From positions 1 through 64,000 of the forward strand of contig MNCI01001396.1 of assembly GCA_015680685.1 (NCBI GenBank): 64,000 nucleotides of DNA, written 5' to 3'. The translations under genes and the position numbers were made by a program. Below the pieces are notes generated by a model, which made no database searches, was not told the origin of the DNA, and saw only the letters and a program-made list of their open reading frames with translations. This document shows positions 36,451 to 50,574 of this stretch, one piece after another (position 1 is the first letter of the stretch; every line of letters starts with the position of its first letter). The stretch comes from Gnetum montanum (taxonomy: Eukaryota > Plantae > Gnetophyta).

Positions 36451-38437
36451 TTGCAATTACATGGGACTGATTATGAGTAAGGCTATTTACAAAATTAGAT
36501 TAATACCTTACTCCTTTCCCTTAATAGATTCATTTGTCACTTAGTGTGATTCAGAGTTAGAGATTTTCACGAAAATTTACCTAAAATTTTTGATATTGGG
36601 CCCAATTTTGATTAGGTGACTCCAAAGAAAATAATTTTCATGATCTGGTTGAAGAAATAAAATTAATTTGGCAAACGTTTTTAGCATTTTTAAGGTCACT
36701 TACCCTTGATAATATCCTTCGGGCAATGAAAAATTAAAAAAAAAACTATGTGCAACTTGAAGCATACCCTTCCCTAATGACTAAATTAAACACTCCGGGT
36801 TTAAGCAAGTTTGATCAGAACAAGAATCGGAGTGTTAATGAGTAAGTTATTGATGTTTAAATGATAGGTGCACAAGCTAGAAAATTCTTGGAAGAAAATT
36901 TTGACAACTCCCCTTGCATGAACAGTGAAAAATGATGTTGATGTGCATGGGGAGGTCCATATATATAGTTTTTATAGACGCGATATTGTGTACCCGCTAG
37001 CGCGGACTCAATATCATGTCAGACCTAATACTAGGTACTTGATATCATGTCCCTTCTGAAATAGGGTACTTGGAAAAATTGATAAATTTTAAAATTTCCA
37101 AGGCCAAAAATGAAGGATTTAAGGTTTATTTGAAAGATCTAGGATAACATTGAAGAGACCTGAAGGTACCAAAAGTGTAATGAAATGGAATTTTACAATG
37201 AAGTTCATGAATAGGATGAGGAAAAAGGACATGTAGTGGTGCATAGGAACGTTTGAATTAAAAAGATGATAAAGGAAAGGACAACTTTAGCAATGCAGTA
37301 CTCAAAAGGTATAAGATGATCTGATGATGTGCAAATTACAAAAGCTATGCAAGTGGGTCCTCCCCAAAGTAGGTTCCTACCTATCATGCCCTTATGTAAC
37401 CACACCTAAAAATGTTTGTAGGCACTAAAAGGGTTAAATGCAATCCACATCAGTTCCACAAAACACACACATGTAGATACCACTGTGATGAGGTATGAAT
37501 TCTATGCTACACAAGATACAAGTCAAAAATACATGAACAATGAGATGAGACGAATCGTAGAAGGGATTGCAAAGATGAAGACATGAGGTAACTGGCCTTG
37601 GGTATAATGAATCCTGAGTGTAGGGCGTGATTAATGTGTCATTAGCCCATTGCTCCAAGATCAAGACCAAGTCCATGCCTATGATCACTAACATCGCATT
37701 GTTTCATCCAATGATGGACAACCATAAGAGCACCATGACAACAAAGTGTGTGATCACTTAGCATTTTGTCCAAGGGAGGAGTGATTTGGAATTTCTTTGT
37801 GACACATTCTTCTTTGGTATTTTCTTTGATGTTTTCTTTTCTTTTCTTCTTTTCTTCTTCTAGCTGCTTTGGCACTTTGTCCTTTCCAACAGTGAATTGG
37901 AGAAGCCTCCAACCTTCAGGCATGGGTGCATTGTCTTTCTAGTGGGACCCCTAGAACAACATTGAGTTTGTTTATTGAGTGCCTTTATTACTCTTACTTC
38001 CATTTTTTGTTAGATCTACAAGGACCTTAGTACAACCAGGCTACATGATAACACCTACAGATGTCACCACAGAGAATCCACAAATCCCCTTGATGTCACA
38101 CCATAGCCATTCCCTCTTAGTCCATCATTTTTTACTCTAGGCATAATGAGCGTAAAATTACTTTAAGTTTTAATGATGACAAGAATATCATCGTACCCAA
38201 AGTAGAACCTCTTATTAATAAAATGGGTGGGTGGATGTTGTGGGCTTACTGTCCAAATAATTAGTCACCTAAGACTTGATAGCATAGGACAACACCTCAA
38301 CCAATAAGTCACATGACTATTTTATTCATCGATGAGATTACCCTAAAAAAGATAAAATAACAAATTGGAAATGAAAAACTAGAAAACAAAAAATTGTAAA
38401 ATCAAAGAAAAGGAAAAATATTTACTAATTCTGCTTG

Positions 38438-40715
38438 TTAGAATGGAGGATGTCCCCCATAACTAAACTTTTGAGCATGGCTAGAATTAATAAATGGAAA
38501 ATGTGGATCCATGCATGTTGGAAATATTGGAGTCTGGTCATATCCAAACCACTGGGTGTCTTTTGATGTGGTGGCTAGAATGTACCTAACTTGGGGTTCA
38601 CACACTTGATTAAAGTTGGCATAGTGGGGAAAATTATAAGATGTGGTCATGTGATAAGGACTTGACCCACTATGACACTCGTGACTGTAAGATGGTATGA
38701 AAGGATCAATATTTCTCCCTATGTGGTTATATTCATTGGGCCCCATGGTTGTTGGAGTGTTGATTGGTGGCCTTGATAGTGCTAGACTTATGCTAAGTTG
38801 GTGGATGTAGTTGTTTTAGAACTGTGCTATCTCTTTCTACCATCATGCCTAAAGAAAGGATGCTTTCGAGGTTTTGTAGGACCTCCACTACTATTGACAG
38901 TAGCAACACAAGTAACATTCGTGGGTTGGTGCTATGGTGCAAAACCTTCTAGCACAAATGGTGGCGATGTAGAAGGAGGTGAATGATGAGAATATTGAGG
39001 GCGAGGAGAAGTGCAAGGAACATGAGGTGGTGATCTTGTTAGAGAGGACATGGGTTGATAGTACTCAGGAGAATGATAACGATGTGATGAAATAGAGGAT
39101 GTTGACATAGTTGGGGAAATAGGATGTTGAACATAATAAGTGCTTGGGTTCGGATGATATGAAGGGTGTGACCAGTTTGACAATGGCCTCCCCCACAACT
39201 AGGATTTTTTCCGCTGTGGTTGAACTTGGTATTTCTATACAAAATTTGAATGTAACATTCCTCCCCAATGCTCATGTAAATATGACAAGATTGGGCATTG
39301 GCCTTTGGGGTGATCGTACAAGCAAATGTTACATTGATACAGGTGATTTTTAGTTGAGCTCTTATCCTTATTTTTTTCAACCCTTCTTTCTGATTGTCAA
39401 GTGGTGTCCTACGTGTTTCTCGGTTTGGCATGGTTCCACCTCTAATAATGTTGGAATATTCTTCACATTTTTCATGTACCCATTCTGTCATCTTATTGAT
39501 CTTTGCCTTAATTTCTTCTAGTGATTGTAGTATTGGAAAAGACAATTCCACCTCCATGAGGTGAGTTGATTTCTCCTCTTCATGGACCTTTGCTATTTTG
39601 AGATTTTGGTCTTGTTGAGATCTTTCAATATTCTCCCATTTGGATATTTCTCCTTCTTCCTTTGCTACCCACTTAATAAGCTCTTGGAATTGGTGGGTTT
39701 GTAGTTCATATAGTTGACCTGGGGCATACATCCCTAGGGTCTCGCTTGTTTAATTACGGAGCCCATCCATGATGTGATACATTAGCCTCTTCTTAAAGAA
39801 CCCATGACTTGGGCATTTGTTTAATAATGAAAAATATCTTTCTAAGGCCATGTCCAAGGGTTTATGTTGCCCTTGTTCCCACTCTTGGATTTGTCTCGTC
39901 AAGGCTGACACTCTTGCACAGGTTTGATATCTTTCATTGAAGAGTTCTATCATTGTTAGCCAACGTCGATTTGATTTTGGTTTTAAAGACCTATACCATA
40001 CTTTTGCTTGACCAATGAGCATCATAGGAAAGAGATTAAGTCTTTGCCATCCATTATTAATGTTGTTCCATGCACAGGAATTGTAGAAGGCTTGTAAATG
40101 ATGTTGTGGATCTAAATCATAGCCTCTTGAAAACTTGGGAAAGTTATTTAAGTTAAGCCTGGGTAGACAGCTTTCCTTGCAATGCTTGTAGGATATTTGA
40201 ATAGCTTCTTGTATATGAATTAGACTCTTAGTGGCCAGCAAGGGTCCATCATCACTAAGTAGGTTATGAGTTGATGAGTTGGGATGATATTATCTTTGTT
40301 CATGTTGGCATTCCTGACTTTGCCCATAGGTTTGATTTTTATTTCTACACCAACCCCTTGAGAGATGGTCATCCATGTCACGATCTAACTTTGAAGGACT
40401 AGAGGAAGAGAAAGAACTAAAAGACTTGTCATGAATTTTGTAAGCCTCCCAGTCATCCCTAGAGAAATTCTTGTTAACTATTGAGAAGGCCCTAGGCCTT
40501 ATGGGCCCCCTCGTTCTATGGGATGTCCCATCCTTACTAAAGGTGTTTGGGTTGGATGACAAGAGTCCTTGAGTATTGTTGGGGTGTTCATAAACATATG
40601 AGATTCTTGCATAAGATTGAGTACTCCAAACTTCTTCGTTGTCATAAATTGTGTTGGTTCTCCAATGAATTACCTTGCTAGTTGTTGCGTTATCATAGTC
40701 TTGTGAGAGAGACAT
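38438..40715 (-). pseudogene. gag: gag of C with distinct C-terminal tail; no pol
   Basis: ORF fragments 40290-40715, 39750-40241 (FPKFSRGYDLDPQHHLQAF...LNLFPMMLIGQAKVWY), 39039-39731 and 38438-38746; CNICLYDHPKGQC knuckle; ends FSYGGHPPF*. Confidence 0.9.
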
Positions 40716-40828
40716 TGTTGTGAATTATGTGTGACTTATTTGTAATTAGTTTCTTTCTAAAAGATATATCATCAAGGCTTCATTACAGCGATCTTGGATG
40801 ATGTAAATAATCTAAATAACTAACACTG

Positions 40829-40847
40829 TCCCTAGCAATGGCACCAA
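40829..40847 (-). promoter_or_regulatory. Primer-binding site (tRNA-Asp type) of C
   Basis: TTGGTGCCATTGCTAGGGA. Confidence 0.88.
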
Positions 40848-41682
40848 TGATGAGTGGCTAGGTACCCCTACACTCAACCATACGAATACGAGCGTGCGCA
40901 CATGATCCGGTCAAACTTTGCAGACGGACTAGTTGTTGTATGTAGATAGTTACACGTTGATTGCAGTTCACTATCTTCCCACCTGGACTAGTATTTTCTT
41001 TGTCACATATGGTTTAGTCCAAAGTGAGGTGAATGACGATGGGGAACAGTCTTAATTAAGCTAATGGACAATGGAAAATGAAATCTATGCTAACCCTAAG
41101 TGCGATGAGCATCAATCTTTAATCATTTGTATGCATCTTGAACCTTGTGTACTACTTCTATGATTACCAAGCAAACATTACTTAAGCACTCCTAGATACG
41201 CTACTGGGTTACCAAGTAGTTACACTTAAATGTTCGTGATTAAGTCATACTCATTCCACGTTAATTAATAGGAAGTGTAAATGACAATGAAGGAAATATG
41301 AAGTAAAAGGACAATGATAAATAATTAACAATTAAAGTAATTAAAAGCTAAGTGAATGCTACAATGATGGAGTAATCTCGATCTTTATTGCTAATCGTGT
41401 GCATGTCCAAGTACGTCACACTCGAACAAAGGTTTTGTACAATTACAATCATCACATTGCAGGCATGCATTAGGGAAAGAACTGAAACTAACTGAAAACT
41501 AACAAAAAGACTCTACCCTAAGACTTACCAACTACTCCCCCTTCCTGTGTGCCTAAATGTTGTATTCATAGGCCTACACAGGAATCACAATATTGTGTAT
41601 TCGATATCATTATCTAGGCTACGATATCATGTACCCAATATTGAGGATCCGATACCGGGGCTTGGAAAACCACGATTGATTA
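40848..41682 (-). repeat. 5' LTR of C
   Basis: Adjacent to the PBS; followed by TSD GTAGA. Confidence 0.93.
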
Positions 41683-41687
41683 GTAGA

Positions 41688-44600
41688 TGTGTGGATCAAT
41701 CCCAGTGATCTTGTCATAAAACCATGAAAATGTAGCTGGTCATTTATTTAGTAATTCCAATAATTTTTTCTTTTGTTCTTTGTCAAGAGCCATTTATAAT
41801 TACCAAGTTCTTATTGTTTAGAAAGATATATTCAAGCATATTTGGTAGGTTTTTCAGTTTTAAGAATTCTAGTTCATATATTTTTTGTATCTCTAGCTAT
41901 TCCCATTCAATATCTTCCTCCTAATGTGAGTTCATGTAAGGAGGTTGTCTTTTCAGCTATTCTAACATATCAATTTCATCAACATAGGCACTTGTGATTT
42001 TTCTTTTTAATTCCATGCACATATTGAATTCAGTTTCGTATTTAGTTATCAGCCATTGGATGCGTTCTTGTTGAGTGGCTATTGCATATAGGTACTTTTG
42101 TAAACACATGTCTTCTATACATCCATTACATGCTGTGATGGAATTATCTTTTATGGTCTAAATTTTCTACACACAACTACACCCATTATTGTTGTATGCA
42201 ATACATCAAACACTACATCTCTAAATGATACTAGGTTCATCTTCCTTGGATATTTCCAAGAACAAGTCTCTGATCCCAAGCTTAGTGTCTATAGTGCTAA
42301 GTCATGCTCTTTCCATAATTATGGGGAATTATACTTTGTTCTTTTCTACATGGATGACTAAAAAGTTGGCATGATAGGACTAGCGAGTAATAGTAGTAAT
42401 GACATCTTCTGCTTGTCCAAGTGGAATAGCAATGGATTGGTTTGCAAGCTCTAATTAGATGTTCCTCTTCTTAAGTGGGGGTAGGTTTGAGGACTTGTAC
42501 ATGTCTTGTAAAATAAGGTTTACTCCTAATTGAGAATCTAAGAGAGACTTGCATGGTTTATGTCCTCCTATTTGAAGGTAAACTAAGGGACTACCAGGAT
42601 ATGTTCTCTTCTTGAAAAGTGCTCCCTTTTTAATCTAAGATGTAATTATTTATGTGAGCATGATAGTGGTGACTTTCTTGTTTGTAGGTATTAGAAGCAT
42701 AATGTTCTTTAAAGGAGTGGCTATGGATGAGGTAGAGTTAGGTGAAGTACCTATCTTTTGAACCTTTTTGGGCTTGTCCTAAAAGAAGGACATTTCTTTG
42801 CTCTTGGTTCATTTGTGACTACATCGTCTTGTGTAGTTACTACCTTGGTAGCACTCTTCTATTACAGTTGTGTAGGTAGCTCTCCTTGCATAAATAGTGA
42901 TGGTATTGATGGTAAGGAGTTAGGAGCTTGAAGTGAGAAACCAGCTATTGGTTGAGGCATGTAAGACTTTTGATCCATCTACAAAGTAGTGGGTTAATAA
43001 TATTCTGATGGATAGTAGTGAGAGGAAGCATAGACTAAAGTATTCCTTGGAGAGATTGGACGTTGAACATCGTATCCATAGGAATTAGGTTGCCTATATG
43101 GATATTGCTACCTTGGTGGTGGCATTTCCCACACTTGTGGTTATTGCCACTACTATTGGTACTATTCATGCAGGTGAGAATATGCACCACTTGGATAGTA
43201 CATTTGTTGATAGGGTTTTTTGAAGTTACCTTGTGGATAAGGTATTTATATGGGCATATGTTTCTTGACAAATTTTGGATTTAGTTCATATGCTCCAAAC
43301 TCCTGTAAGTGGGCCATAATAGGGCAACATCCCTTAGGATGTTCATACTGGCACACTTTACATCCTTCATTATCTTTTGAACTAGAGTTTGTGATTTTCT
43401 CTACTGTAGCAACCTTTCCTTTATTTTAGTAGTGTTCTTGTCCATTGTCTCTTCTTTTCTTCTTATATTTACATTGATGTATGGCTTGTTTAGTCTTCTC
43501 TTCTACTGTCTTTAATGTTGTAGCAAATTTTTTAGCTACAGAATCCCACATTTTTCTACCTTAGCTATAATATCATTAACTAACTTTGAAATAGGTAGAG
43601 TCTTCCATTGGATTGTATCTTCTAAAGTTTCCTCTTCTTGCAATTCACATATTCTTACATCCTTTTTTTTTATGGTGGGATCTCTATTGTATTCTTTGGT
43701 TGATTCTATTTTTCTTAACTCTCCTTATTTTTCCACTTGGTCAATGAGTCCTTGAATATGATGAGATGTCCCTTAGATACCTTGCCTTGGGCATATACCC
43801 CAAATGTTTTTCTTGTTTTGTTTCATAGCCCATCGACAATGTGTCGTAGTTTCTCCCTTTGAGAAAATCCGTGGCTTGGGCACCTATGTAACAAGGAATA
43901 GTATCTATCCATTATCACATCAAGAGACTCATGTAACCATTGCTTCCATCCTTGAATTGAATTTTCCAAATTAGATACTCAAGAATAAGTTTAATATTTA
44001 TCATTGAAGAGCTCTAGCGTGGTACTTCATCTTCAAATAAATTTCGGTTCTAAGGATCTGTACTAGTTCTTTGCTTTTTGTATGAGTATTCTTGAAAACA
44101 ACTTTAGTTTCTAATAATTTTTTTCAATTTTTTGCAAGACACAGGCATCATAGAAGGCTTGAAGATGATGCTGTAGAAGGCTTGAAGATGATGCTATGGA
44201 TCTACATTATATCCACCTTCAAATTTGGGAATATTATTCATGTCCATTTGCCTGATGCGATTGTACCTTATGTGCTTGGTAGGAATATACATTGCTTCTC
44301 TAATGTTAATCATGTTGTGAGTAGCCAATAGGGGTTCTTCATGATCTTCAAGTTTATGAGCTTTGTTGTAGTGGTGACCCCTTTGATGCTCATAATGCTC
44401 TATCTCTTCATATTTGTTCCTTTCTCCTCTTTTCTTATAATTATCCTCTTCTTCATTAGGATGTCTTCTTTGATGCTTATGTCTTTTAGGATTCCTTTGT
44501 CTTTTCCTATCATGATCCATCATTATTTTTCTCTCTTATCATACTTTTAAGAGGATTGTGAGGAGGAAGAGGAAGAAGTTGGAGAATGGCGCCAACTAGT

Positions 44601-45239
44601 TCTCCTTCTATGACTCCTTGATTCATTCCTTTTTGATTCAGTGGAGATGCTACTAGGCATTAAGTTCCTCCTTAATGTGGAGTCTTCCTTATCTCCTCTA
44701 GGTGTTTTCACAAGACACCTAAATGTAACTATATTTTGACAAGATCTTTGATATGGAAGACTAGCTTTTAAGATTGAGATCCATGTGTTAATAGAATTTT
44801 TTTGTATGGAACATAACATCGTCTCTTTTCTCTAAGATAACCATTTGTGGTACTTTATTTCCTTTGTCAAGCTCATGTCTTGTCTTCATAGTAGCATCCT
44901 TTCGTACCTAAGCTTTTGTTGGTTGGTATGGTCTAGTCATGTGCTTTATGATATGGTATCCTTCTTGTATGTGGCTAAGGTTTAACCTTATGAGGATTTC
45001 TTGCAGCATGGATGGTGCAAAATGTTATGGAGCAAAACAGTATTACCCTGTAAATCTCTTCACCTTAGTTGTTCATCCTGGTGAAAGAAAAAGGTGAAAT
45101 TAGGATAATATGGATCAATGTGAGTGTAATAAATTCTAGTTTGCATGGGTGCACTCTAGTCTTCTTCAGTATATTCCTTATCATGGCTCTTATTAAATTC
45201 ATTAACAAGTGGTGACTTCTCCTTGTTTGTAGAAGCCAT
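41688..45239 (-). pseudogene. gag-pol: gag, protease and pre-RT region of D
   Basis: MASTNKEKS start; IPKFEGGYNVDP; CKVCQYEHPKGCC; KPCKSLLDS protease motif (~42533-42559); frame resumes at 32597 beyond C. Confidence 0.9.
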
Positions 45240-45360
45240 ATTAGAGGTTTAATACCTTAAGTGTGTACTTTGGAAAAATTTATTCAAGTGTAAAGAATTG
45301 CTTGATGATTCTTAACATAATGAACTTTGTAAAATCAACTACTTAGTGAACATTGACACA

Positions 45361-45379
45361 TGCCTAGCAACAACACCAA
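45361..45379 (-). promoter_or_regulatory. Primer-binding site (tRNA-Asp type) of D
   Basis: TTGGTGTTGTTGCTAGGCA. Confidence 0.8.
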
Positions 45380-46239
45380 TGATGAGCAATTGGATATTCC
45401 AACACTCTATCATACAAGTCATGAGTGTACATGTGTAACCTAATTGTAAGTCGTGGATGGCCAATGTAGATTCACAAGTAGTTGAGGTTCAGTTCATGAT
45501 CATTCTCTTCTCACTTTGAGTTAGTAAAGTTCAAGTTGTGTGATTTAACTCTTGGTGAGGCATATGATATATTGATTTTGTTGACTCATACTAAGGCTAA
45601 GTGTAAACTTAAATAAAATAAAGTAATAGAATCTAAGTCTAAGTGTGATGCAATTAAAGAAACTATTCTAGCTTATAGGAAATCAATATCTATTCCTGGT
45701 TTACTGTTCATGTCTTAGGCTTATGTAACCATTACTAGGGTTACTAAGTGTTATGCTATTGGGCAAACCAAGTAATATCACTACTAGGATTACCAAACAA
45801 TTATACTTATATGTCCGAAACTAGTCATACTTATACTATCGTACTAAGGAACAATAAAAAAATAAAGTACTTAAAAGAAATTATAAATGATTTAATCACA
45901 GTGAACATATTAAATGGTGAAAATTAACAAACTAAGAAAATGAACTAAGTAAAAGTAAAGTCACTTAAGTAGAATGTTGCAATGGTGGAAAAAAATCTTG
46001 ATCTTTATTTCCGGCCATGAACTATGTCTAAGAATAATTCACTCAAATAAAGATTCCATACAATTTCTTAACACCACAATGTAGGCATTCACTATATCAC
46101 TAAGTGTTGAACCAAAGTTCTTCATGTGATGCGATGGTGGGTTGATATTTATAGTAGAGACTAGGACCCACTACATTGTATCTACAATAACGTAAGTAAA
46201 GATATGATATTGCATCATCTACATAAATTTATTTGATCA
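45380..46239 (-). repeat. 5' LTR of D
   Basis: TGATGAG...TTGATCA, then TSD ATGTG. Confidence 0.9.
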
Positions 46240-49200
46240 ATGTGGTATTGGGACAATATTGCAATTCATGGAGCTATGATCCATCCTTGCATAAATTATG
46301 TTAAGTTTTGAGAACGTTGGCCTTTCTAAGTGCCTTGTCCTAGTTGTTCTCCACATGGGAAGCAAATCCTTTTCCTATGCATGGCTCCTCATGATTTAGA
46401 ACTCATTTCTTGAAAATTTTATTTTTGTGAGTGGTCCTTTCCTTCTTGAAGATACAAATACACCAATCATAAACTTCTAGTCTAATGTGCTTGAAAAAAA
46501 TTTGAAGTGAATCAATTTATCAGTTATCTCTTTGTCATAATGGCTTAGCTTACTATCTTTATGTATAGATCCCTTAGTTGATGATAGATTTTCCCATTTA
46601 GTTTGTGCAAAAATTTCATCTTGATATTTTAAATATAACAAAATGTTTGAGCTCAATTTGAATTTCAAATGTGGGTACCAAAAACTCTTGGGGCTCATGG
46701 TACAAACAAGATGAAGTAACAAACTTCCAATGCACAAATCCTTTATAGAAGTAGTTGATGAATTAGTCTTAGTGTCCCTCAAATTCTTAACAATGTACAA
46801 TGAGTTAAAATCTTTCTTAGTTCTATTGCTCCAAAATGGACTTCACCAAAAGGTTTTCTAGGCTCTTTTGATAGTCATCTTCTATCTAAATTCTTCTATT
46901 ATTCTAGGCTCTTTAGATAGCATAAGGTTTTCTAGGTTTTCTAGGCTCTTTTGCTCCAATATGTTCCTAGTTATTCTTCTATTAATGTTCTACCTAAATT
47001 CATTAAGGAACTAGTCTTCTTGGTGATTTATTGATGGCAATTAACATACGTGATTTATGCCACAAGGTATAGAATAGAATAACTAGAGTGAGGCCTTGTC
47101 CATTTTAAATGATTAGATGTTTGTGTAGTATCATGGAAAATTTGTGTAATTAAAATTTCCTTATGATGGTTCCAAAGGAGGATGCATTAGTACATCCCTT
47201 TTGGTCATCAAAGTCAAATGGAATTATATGTAAGACCTTTCAATCCTAGTATTCCATTATTGAAGAGTTGATATGTAGCATGGTAAGGTTGGCTTTGTGG
47301 CCTTTCCTTAGCATGTATAATGGATGTGTTGCAAATTAGATGGTGGATGTATTTCAAGAAGAAACCTCATAAAGGGGTTCTATCAAATCCTTCCTTCAAT
47401 TTGATAGTAACATAATCTCTAGTGATTAGTTTTTTAATTAGTTGATCATAGTAGGGTAGGAGCTACTAATCCAAGGGAATGAAATGTCTTGAAAATTTAC
47501 ATTATAGACATCTATCCCATGGAAACTTTCTTAGTGCTTATATTCCTTATAAACTACTAAAATAAGAATAGAGCTTGTCTCATTCCATTGTCGAGTGATT
47601 TGAAATTGCTAGCAGACTTCACATTATTATCTTTCTTATTATGTGTAGCTACTAGCTTTATGGATGTCCTATTAGTGGTGCTAAAGTTGATGGCTTGAGA
47701 TGAGGTCTATTCCATGGCCAATTCTCTAGTTGCTCTTAGAATCACTTCATAGATTGATAAATTAAACAATAGGTTGTATATACTTGATGTTTTCAGATGA
47801 CGTGAATGTAACACCTTGTGTTCTTAACCCTTGGTTTATGCTAAATTATTCTTTAATTAACCCATGACTTGACTTATGTCTTTTGTTAATTTGTTAATGT
47901 TTCTTAAGGATTTGATCCCATGACCCTTCAAGTATTTTATTTATGCATTGTTTTCAAAATTTTTAATAAATATTTTGTTAAGATTACCTTTTTATAAATT
48001 TTCAATTCATTTTATAAATATTCTTGTTTTCAATTCTTATTTTTGAAAACATCTAGTATCTTTTTATTTTATTCATTTTTTGGATTTATCTGAAAAATAT
48101 TGATTCATTGGTGTTTTCTAACTAAGAATAGATTGTTAGGATGGTAGCACATGTTATGAAGTGTCAATTGAATATTTTGAAAAATATTATTTTTTATGAA
48201 ACTTGTATAAGATTTATTCTATTTGTTACTCAAGTAGACTTAGAATTTTTATTATGCACTAGCCTCTTACCAAGCTTTTTTAAATATTATGAAATTTGTC
48301 TTTTGGATATGCTATTGTAAATTGATGTTTCTACCTTGGCTTGGTAAACCCTAGGATTGTAGACTAAGTGAGGGATTGTGATTTATGTACATTCTTTATC
48401 CATTCTTGTTGGTCAATCTCTCCCATTGGTGATCTCAATACCATTCCAATGCTTCAGTCAATTTAACCTTATGTGTTGCAAGTCTTTTGAATTGCAAAGG
48501 TAAAGTAACTAGTTCCAAGCTTTATCATATTGTTATAATTTTGGTTGTGTTGTTTATCATCATTGTAATACCATGTACATGTTGTGATATAACTCTTGTA
48601 ATGTCTATGTCAAAATCTAATTTCTTTCATTTCTATCATTTTCTATGCCTTTCAATGTGTCTTCGATGATATTTCTTACCATCATAGTTCATGGTAAAGG
48701 TGCTAGCAAAGACCATGGGTTATGGTAAGGTCATGTCTTGATCATGACTAAACCACAAGTCATGATCTTACAAGTGACTGTAACCCTGAGCTGAGGTACA
48801 CATTTTTAAGTTGTTGAATTGATCATGACTCGTGTTAAGGTTGTGGTCTAGACCATGACCTAACTAATAGCACTAAGTTCCATGAGTCATGGTTGCATTG
48901 TGGCCTTCACCATGACCAAATTAGCAATTATAGTCAATCTTTTGCTTCACATCACAAGTCTTGGTCAACTTGTAATCTGTTGTTCTTTGTCCTTTCATGT
49001 TATTTTCACATCCTTTAGGTAGTTCTTAATCTATGGTACTCAAACTCATTCATTTTCTAATGTTTCGACCTTTCAATTATGCATTTGATGGGAACAATGA
49101 GTAGACATTATGAGGATTTTAGGTTTGCCTTTAGTACTTGATTCAAATTACATATGATTGTACCTAGGGTAGCCTAGTTTATGTGTCAATGGGTAGGTAT

Positions 49201-49483
49201 TGTGGAGTATAGGGTTGACTACCATACTCGACCCATGTTTCTTATGATTATATGCAACTTATGATAATGGGAAAGCATTATGAAGGGACTATTAGTCATT
49301 TAGTACTTGCTCATATTGGTTGTGATTATTGATATCGTTGATTTCATGATGAAGATGATATGAGTAGGTAAACCACATGAGATTATTTCTAGTGCCAATT
49401 CATTTCAAATTAGGTGAGGCTTGGTTAACTAGTCCTTGAGGAGGGTTATTAATGACATTCAAGATAGGTGAGATCTTTATGGG

Positions 49484-50328
49484 TGATGAGTAGCTAGGTC
49501 TTCCAACACTCCACCATATAAGTCACGAGTGTACATGTGCAACTTGATCATAATCTATGGATGACCAATGTAAATTCATTAGTAGTTAAGGTTTATTTTG
49601 CGATTATTGTCTTTGCATGTTAAGTTAGTGAAGCTCAATTTGTATGGTTTAACTCTAAATGAGACATATGATATGTTGATGTTGTTGGCTTGAATCAAAA
49701 GAAGTATAAACATGGTTAAGTGTAATGAAAGTAAAGTAACTATTCTAGCCTACAGGTGATAAGTATTTGCTCATGGTTTATCATACAAGTTAAGGGATCA
49801 TGTAACCATCACTAGGATTACCAAGTGAATCCACTACTGAGTAAATTAAATGAACTCATTACTAGGTTATCAAATGATTATACTAGATACTCAGAACCAA
49901 TCATACTTATAGCACCTTACTAAAAGATGTAGGACAAACTAATGTACTTGGAAACTGTAAATGACTTAAGTAAGGAAAACATGTTGAAAGGTAAAATTAA
50001 ACTAAATGAAAATGAACTAAGTAAACTACTACAGTGGTGGAAAAAAACTTCGATCTTTATTTCTAGTCATGAATTATGCTCAAGAATAATCTACTTAAAC
50101 AAAGATTTCATACAACTATTTAACACCACACTACATGCATTCACTCTATTGTTAAGTCTAATTAATGGATACAAACTATAATAATTTAGCTAAGTGTTGG
50201 CGAAAGATTGTTCTGTTAATACAATGATGTGTTGATATTTATAGTGATGACTAGGACCCACTACATTGCATCTATGATGATGTAGGATGGGATATGATAT
50301 CATGAAAATTGATACTTGGGTTTTATCA
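49484..50328 (-). repeat. 3' LTR of E
   Basis: TGATGAG...TTATCA; aligns to 61928-62785. Confidence 0.9.
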
Positions 50329-50574
50329 TGCCCTCATAATTAACTAGAAACTCATCCTTGAGTTAAAATAAAAGGAAGGTAGAGTTGCTTACAAAATTTT
50401 TGGATCATTTACAAAATTTGACATCATGAATTATATACATTATGGACTCTACCATGAATGTTGCATTATGGTTTGAGTGGTGTTTACAAAATTATCATGC
50501 ATTGCAAGATGGACACATATGCGAAAACAAAACAAAACATAACAAAAATAAAAATTAAAAGGTCAATGTAGCCT

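Larger units (their letters stand above)
32603..41682 (-). mobile_element. Element C: pol-less (non-autonomous) Athila-like element, same layout as B
   Basis: LTRs 32603-33468 and 40848-41682; TSD GTAGA at 32598-32602 and 41683-41687; PBS 40829-40847; PPT 33469-33483. Confidence 0.95.
24628..46239 (-). mobile_element. Element D: Athila-like element with rearranged pol, interrupted by C
   Basis: LTRs 24628-25531 and 45380-46239; TSD ATGTG at 24623-24627 and 46240-46244; PBS 45361-45379; PPT 25532-25546. Confidence 0.93.

Noticed and set aside
37321-37345. CTGATGA as a hammerhead ribozyme core (retrozyme-like)
   Set aside because: No suitably placed GAAA or stems seen, and not conserved in other copies
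37205-37405. Spacer peptide MWLHKGMIGRNLLWGGPTCI as a hidden small gene
   Set aside because: Similarity to other copies is explained by nucleotide conservation; A has GCA at the ATG-equivalent position; not supportable without RNAcode
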